Translations under genes and position numbers: made by a program | NCBI GenBank assembly: GCA_964415065.1 | Contig: CAYPYX010000001.1 | Location: forward strand, 35,298-99,297 | Direction of reading: 5' to 3' | Length of the DNA: 64,000 nt | Source: an uncultured Rhizobium sp. | GTDB lineage: Bacteria; Bacteroidota; Bacteroidia; NS11-12g; UBA955 | The notes under the pieces: generated by a model | The model's database searches: none | Seen by the model: only the letters and a program-made list of their open reading frames with translations | What the model was told of the DNA's origin: nothing | Shown: positions 59,901 to 64,000 of the stretch, piece by piece | How positions within the stretch are numbered: the stretch's first letter is position 1 | Layout: each line of letters begins with the position of its first letter

Positions 59901-61445
59901 TTATTCTATTTTTCTAAAAATACGGTCCCAACGTATCCCTTTAACATCATATAACATATTATTACCCTGAATATTAGGTTCTCCAATTTCATTGATATTG
60001 ATTACTTTCTTCAGTGAGAAGAATGTGAATAATGGTTTTCCTAAAATATGATCTTCAGGTACATATCCCCAATAACGAGAATCACTGCTATTATATCGGT
60101 TATCGCCCATCATCCAATAATAACCCATTTTAAAGGTGTATTTCTTTATTTCTGAACCACTACCACCTTGTGTATAAAATTTCCCGCCTTGTTCAACAAT
60201 ATTCGCTTTTTCATACACGTTGATTGCCGCTTTAAACCAATCCCAGTTATTTTTAGTTAATTCTATTGTTTCGCCTCTCTTGGGAAGATAGAACGGACCG
60301 TAATTATTTAAATCCCACTGATGTTTTAAATAAGTTGTGTTGGCCGTATCAGGGAAAAGATGTCGATCATAACCTTCATCTACGATATCTTCAAAAACTG
60401 CCGCCACAGAACCGTGTTTTTTAATATTTTTAACATTATCAGGCCACGTGTAAATATGATAAGGAATCAGCATTTGACCCGCTTTTTGTGTATTTTTCAA
60501 GATTTCTGGAGCAACGCGATACGGAATAGTAAAATCTCCCAAATTGTGCTCTAATAAAAATTCCTGAGAAATATAATCTTTCATCAATAATAAGTAACGT
60601 TTTTGTTGCTTATCTACAACAGGTAATGGTTTATTATTGATATATACTTGACCTCTTCTTATGAATATTGAATCCCCGGGAATACCGATACAACGTTTAA
60701 CATAGTTGTCTTTTTTATCTGTTGGGAAACCTTCATCTGCTGGCCAATTGAATACAATGATATCGTTATTTTTAATGGTATACCATCCTGGCAAGCGCAT
60801 GTATGGAAACTCTACCAAATCAGTATACGCTTTAATTCCCGCAATTTCCTTTGGAGCTAGAACAGGAACTGAAATGGGTGTCATAGGAATTCTCATTCCT
60901 ATATTAGTTCTACTCACCACCAAGTGATCGCCGACCATTAAATTCGATTCCATAGAAGGCGTTGGAATTTGATACAAATCAAAAAATAATGCTCTCATTC
61001 CACCGGCAACATAAACGGCAAATAATATGGCATCCGCCCATTCTCTGGATGCAGTAGATTTTACTAAATTTTCTTTTCTCCAGGTTTTTTCTCCCGCTTT
61101 ACCAACAAATTTTAGCGATTTGTCAAACAACAAATAGGGGAAATACGCAAAAGTCAATATGATCCCAACAGCCTGTTCCCAAAATTTAGTTTTATCAAAA
61201 CTACGAAGCAAATCCAACTTTATATTGAAACTAAATAAGATATTCAATCCCGGAATTACCATTCCAATCATATACCATTTTGGACGTCCTACAAGTTGAA
61301 TCCAATACCACCAGTTCAGAATGGGCACCCAAGCAAGAATGGGATTTAATCCTGCTAGTTTAAACATTCTCGACAATCCTAAGCGTGTCAAAATAAAAGC
61401 CGTTGACCAAATGGCAAGAAAAATGGATAGATTATAACTGTTCAT
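59901..61445 (-). CDS. lepB: signal peptidase I (S26) with an N-terminal multi-TM extension
   Basis: S26 boxes: TPSMESNLMVGDHLVV (Ser box), YVKRCIGIPGD (Lys box) and GDNRYNSSDSRYWGYVP. Confidence 0.85.
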   Translation of the reverse strand: MNSYNLSIFLAIWSTAFILTRLGLSRMFKLAGLNPILAWVPILNWWYWIQLVGRPKWYMIGMVIPGLNILFSFNIKLDLLRSFDKTKFWEQAVGIILTFAYFPYLLFDKSLKFVGKAGEKTWRKENLVKSTASREWADAILFAVYVAGGMRALFFDLYQIPTPSMESNLMVGDHLVVSRTNIGMRIPMTPISVPVLAPKEIAGIKAYTDLVEFPYMRLPGWYTIKNNDIIVFNWPADEGFPTDKKDNYVKRCIGIPGDSIFIRRGQVYINNKPLPVVDKQQKRYLLLMKDYISQEFLLEHNLGDFTIPYRVAPEILKNTQKAGQMLIPYHIYTWPDNVKNIKKHGSVAAVFEDIVDEGYDRHLFPDTANTTYLKHQWDLNNYGPFYLPKRGETIELTKNNWDWFKAAINVYEKANIVEQGGKFYTQGGSGSEIKKYTFKMGYYWMMGDNRYNSSDSRYWGYVPEDHILGKPLFTFFSLKKVININEIGEPNIQGNNMLYDVKGIRWDRIFRKIE

Positions 61446-61504
61446 TTAAGTAGTTTACTTATTTAAAATTTGATGTTCCAAATTAACACTATTTATATGT
61501 AAAG

Positions 61505-62248
61505 TCATAGACTCAACATATTTGACATGTTAAACACTCCTTTTTTATCGACTAACCACTCGGCCGCTAATACTGAACCCAATGCGAATCCTAACCTGCT
61601 TTTTGCGTCGTGACGAATTTCAATAGAATCTACTTCACTTTCATATTTAATGATATGCGTACCTGGAACATCTGGGAGTCGTTCCGCTAAAATAGGTAGT
61701 TCACCCTTAAGATTCATTTGATTACTGCTGTTTTGATTCAATTCATCGGCATTTTCCAATAACTTCCAATCTTGAATCAATTCACTTTTGTTGATTATTC
61801 CTTCAGCAAGTGTGATTGCGGTTCCAGATGGCGCATCTTTCTTTTCCGTATGATGAATTTCGGTCATACTTACCGCATATGGATGTTTATTCATCAATTC
61901 AGCTAACACTTTGTTTAACTGAAAAAATAGATTAACCCCAATACTAAAATTTGTGGCATAAAACAAAGATCCGTTGTTGCGAGAAACATAATCGTTTACA
62001 GAATCAAAATCCTGATACCATCCTGTGGTTCCCACAACTATAGGAATGTTCAAATTTACAGCATGATTAATGTGTTTAACTGCTAGTTCAGGCGAAGTAA
62101 ACTCTATAGCAACATCCACATTTATATCTTGAGATTGTTCAAAGGGGGTATCAGCATCAAACTTGTGTGTGACTTGATGTCCTCTTTCAATACATATTTT
62201 TTCAATGGTTTTACCCATTTTACCGTAACCAATAATAGCAATATTCAC
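61505..62248 (-). CDS. dapB: 4-hydroxy-tetrahydrodipicolinate reductase
   Basis: N-terminal NAD-binding MNIAIIGYGKMGK. DapB C-terminal motif (E.HH..K.DAPSGTA). Confidence 0.9.
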   Translation of the reverse strand: MNIAIIGYGKMGKTIEKICIERGHQVTHKFDADTPFEQSQDINVDVAIEFTSPELAVKHINHAVNLNIPIVVGTTGWYQDFDSVNDYVSRNNGSLFYATNFSIGVNLFFQLNKVLAELMNKHPYAVSMTEIHHTEKKDAPSGTAITLAEGIINKSELIQDWKLLENADELNQNSSNQMNLKGELPILAERLPDVPGTHIIKYESEVDSIEIRHDAKSRLGFALGSVLAAEWLVDKKGVFNMSNMLSL

Positions 62249-62335
62249 AGCACAAAAATAGTTCTATCGTAATTAAAAAGTGAACCAAGGTTTTTAAATC
62301 CAGTAAAATTTCGGTTTTTTGCAACCATATTTAAC

Positions 62336-63352
62336 ATGAAGAATAAGTGGGTTAAAGGATTTATAGCATTATCAATAATTTTATTATTGTCTTTTTTATG
62401 GCTTTTTGTATTCCAGAAAGTACGTATGACCAATGAAAATTCTCAAAATCAATCCAGATTTACGTTAAGAATTGATTCGGATTGGACGAATGATCAATTG
62501 AATTCATGTGTAACGGATAGCTTGGGAGTATATCTACCGGGTGGTATTTCTTTTTGGCTGAACTTACTAGGTTATAAAATCACTCCGTGCAAAATAGAAA
62601 TTGAGAATAAAGAATCTTCGTTCTCGGTCTTAAAAAAAATACACCAAAGCAGAAATCAGACAGTTAATTTAGTTATACGTTCGTCTCATTTTAAAGAAGG
62701 ATTTTGCAAAACCATAAACAACCAAATAGTTCTTAAAACGCAACATTTGGAATCCTTCTTAAGTGATAGTCATACTATTGAAAATAAAACAATTACACCT
62801 ACAAACTGGCCAATATATATCATTCCAAATACTTACAACATTCGATATAATGTATCCATTCAAGATTTCTTTAAACGGATGATTCGAGAATCAAATTCCT
62901 TTTGGAACTCAAATCGAATTCAAAAATTGCAGGCTCAAAATTTAACCGTATTGGAAGCTGTAACAATTGCAAGTATTGTAGAAAAGGAGAGTAGTAAAAA
63001 AGACGAATTTGAAAATATTGCGGGTGTTTATTTAAATCGTTATCGAAAAAACATGAAGCTTCAAGCTGATCCAACCATTGTTTTTATTAAAGGGAAAGCA
63101 GAGCGTGTTTTACAAGTTGATACTAAAATTGAATCTCCATACAACACATATCTATATAAGGGATTGCCACCTGGTCCAATTTGTATACCATCCATTAATG
63201 CAATTGATGCTGTTTTAAATTACACCCAACATGATTTTATCTATTTCTGCGCGAAAGCAGATTTTTCAGGTTATCATATTTTCGAATCTGATTATTCACG
63301 TCATTTACAAAACGCGAGAAAATTCCATAATGCATTGAACAGACAGAAATAA
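62336..63352 (+). CDS. mltG: endolytic murein transglycosylase MltG (YceG-like)
   Basis: N-terminal TM. YceG core motifs (LTVLEAVTIASIVEKE, YNTYLYKGLPPGPICIP). Confidence 0.9.
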   Translation: MKNKWVKGFIALSIILLLSFLWLFVFQKVRMTNENSQNQSRFTLRIDSDWTNDQLNSCVTDSLGVYLPGGISFWLNLLGYKITPCKIEIENKESSFSVLKKIHQSRNQTVNLVIRSSHFKEGFCKTINNQIVLKTQHLESFLSDSHTIENKTITPTNWPIYIIPNTYNIRYNVSIQDFFKRMIRESNSFWNSNRIQKLQAQNLTVLEAVTIASIVEKESSKKDEFENIAGVYLNRYRKNMKLQADPTIVFIKGKAERVLQVDTKIESPYNTYLYKGLPPGPICIPSINAIDAVLNYTQHDFIYFCAKADFSGYHIFESDYSRHLQNARKFHNALNRQK

Positions 63353-63484
63353 ATTCAGCATAGATGTTGGAAATTTTAACTGTTAAATGAGGGAACCTAT
63401 TGAATTCAATATCGTTTTAACTAATTTAACTTTATCGTTATATTAAGATAAATACTTATTCTGATTAAAAGAATTCGTATTACA

Positions 63485-63525
63485 CAAAAAAATCCTCAGA
63501 AGATTACTCAACTGAGGATTAGTTT
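63485..63525. terminator. Bidirectional intrinsic terminator between the convergent mltG and T9SS-cargo genes
   Basis: Hairpin AATCCTCAG-N12-CTGAGGATT (63491-63520), flanked by an A-run upstream and T-rich sequence downstream. Confidence 0.6.
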
Positions 63526-63562
63526 CTCATTCAAGGTTAAGGGTATCAAACCCTAAATATTT

Positions 63563-64000
63563 TTAATCAATTACTATCTTCAAAGTGGATTTATTTATGG
63601 AATTCATTCCCCAAACATTCAAGATATAAGTTCCAGAACGAAGTCCATTTAAAGTATACAAATGGTTGTTGGTTTCAATTGATTTCACCAATTTTCCGGA
63701 AACATCCCACACTAAAATCCGTTTTAATTCTTGATTCGCCTTTATTACTGAATTGTCAGCGTCAAAGAATACCTTGAATTCATTGACAGCAATTTTATCC
63801 GTACCATTGGTAGGACTTTCTGTTAATTTAATATTTTTAGTAGCAACGAAATCACCATTGTCAGAATTATTTCCATTAGAAATTACAGATGCAGTGTACA
63901 TGGTTATTTCACCAGCTCCAGCTGCAGGTGATGTCCATTCTATGGTCCAAGAAGCGCTTTGAGAAGTAGTCGCAGGAGAAGTGTGTCCCCAAATTTGAGC
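63563..64000 (-). CDS. T9SS C-terminal sorting domain protein, C-terminal part. The gene continues past the window end.
   Basis: The C-terminal about 100 aa match a T9SS type-A CTD (..LNGLRSGTYILNVWG...KIVI). The reading frame stays open upstream of the track's ATG at 63901, all the way to position 64000. Confidence 0.7.
   Translation of the reverse strand, partial: AQIWGHTSPATTSQSASWTIEWTSPAAGAGEITMYTASVISNGNNSDNGDFVATKNIKLTESPTNGTDKIAVNEFKVFFDADNSVIKANQELKRILVWDVSGKLVKSIETNNHLYTLNGLRSGTYILNVWGMNSINKSTLKIVID

Noticed and set aside
1-64000. tRNA, rRNA or other structured RNA genes in the intergenic regions
   Set aside because: Inspection by eye of all spacers longer than 50 bp found no cloverleaf-compatible sequence with a T-loop (GTTCGA/GTTCAA-type) and no rRNA-like stretch. 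A tRNAscan/Infernal run would be needed to be definitive.
1-64000. Mobile element, prophage or defense island
   Set aside because: No integrase, transposase, phage structural, restriction-modification, toxin-antitoxin or NTPase/nuclease gene pairs of the kind that mark accessory islands were recognised. Gene content and tight operonic packing look like conserved core chromosome.

Overview
This 64-kb window reads as an AT-rich chromosomal core segment of a Bacteroidota-like bacterium, with about 60 protein-coding genes on both strands. The lineage call rests on two T9SS C-terminal sorting-domain cargo proteins, LytS/LytTR and OmpR-type two-component systems, a DUF349 protein and a SusD-less TonB-dependent receptor. 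Genes that can be recognised include purN (partial), recF, dnaE, dnaX, purC, phoH, dapD, dapB, ribH, pdhA, pyrR, pyrB, lepB and mltG. There is also a compact System-I-type cytochrome c maturation cluster (ccmC-like, ccmD-like, ccmE, ccmF) and a lipoprotein/TonB-receptor locus that looks metal-related. I saw no rRNA or tRNA genes, no transposases or integrases, and no CRISPR array. All gene calls rest on motif-level recognition of the translated ORFs and on translational-coupling geometry, not on database searches. The things most worth a second look are: (1) an A10 slippery run plus a downstream stem-loop inside dnaX at the boundary between the conserved clamp-loader core and the low-complexity linker, shaped like the classical gamma/tau programmed -1 frameshift; (2) a CcmE whose heme-binding His is replaced by Cys (CxxxY), with an unannotated 48-aa ccmD-like ORF between ccmC and ccmE; (3) a locus of a Cys-rich secreted protein, a perfect 10-5-10 palindromic operator, an HMA lipoprotein and a TonB-dependent receptor; (4) a 74-bp tandem duplication that rewrites the 3' end of a yihY-family gene; (5) a strong intrinsic terminator inside the longest-ORF call of the LTA-synthase-family gene, implying a later start; (6) two families of short direct repeats in the ald/recF convergent spacer. 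I found no convincing multi-gene system of wholly unknown function such as a defense island. The window looks like ordinary core genome with a few local oddities.
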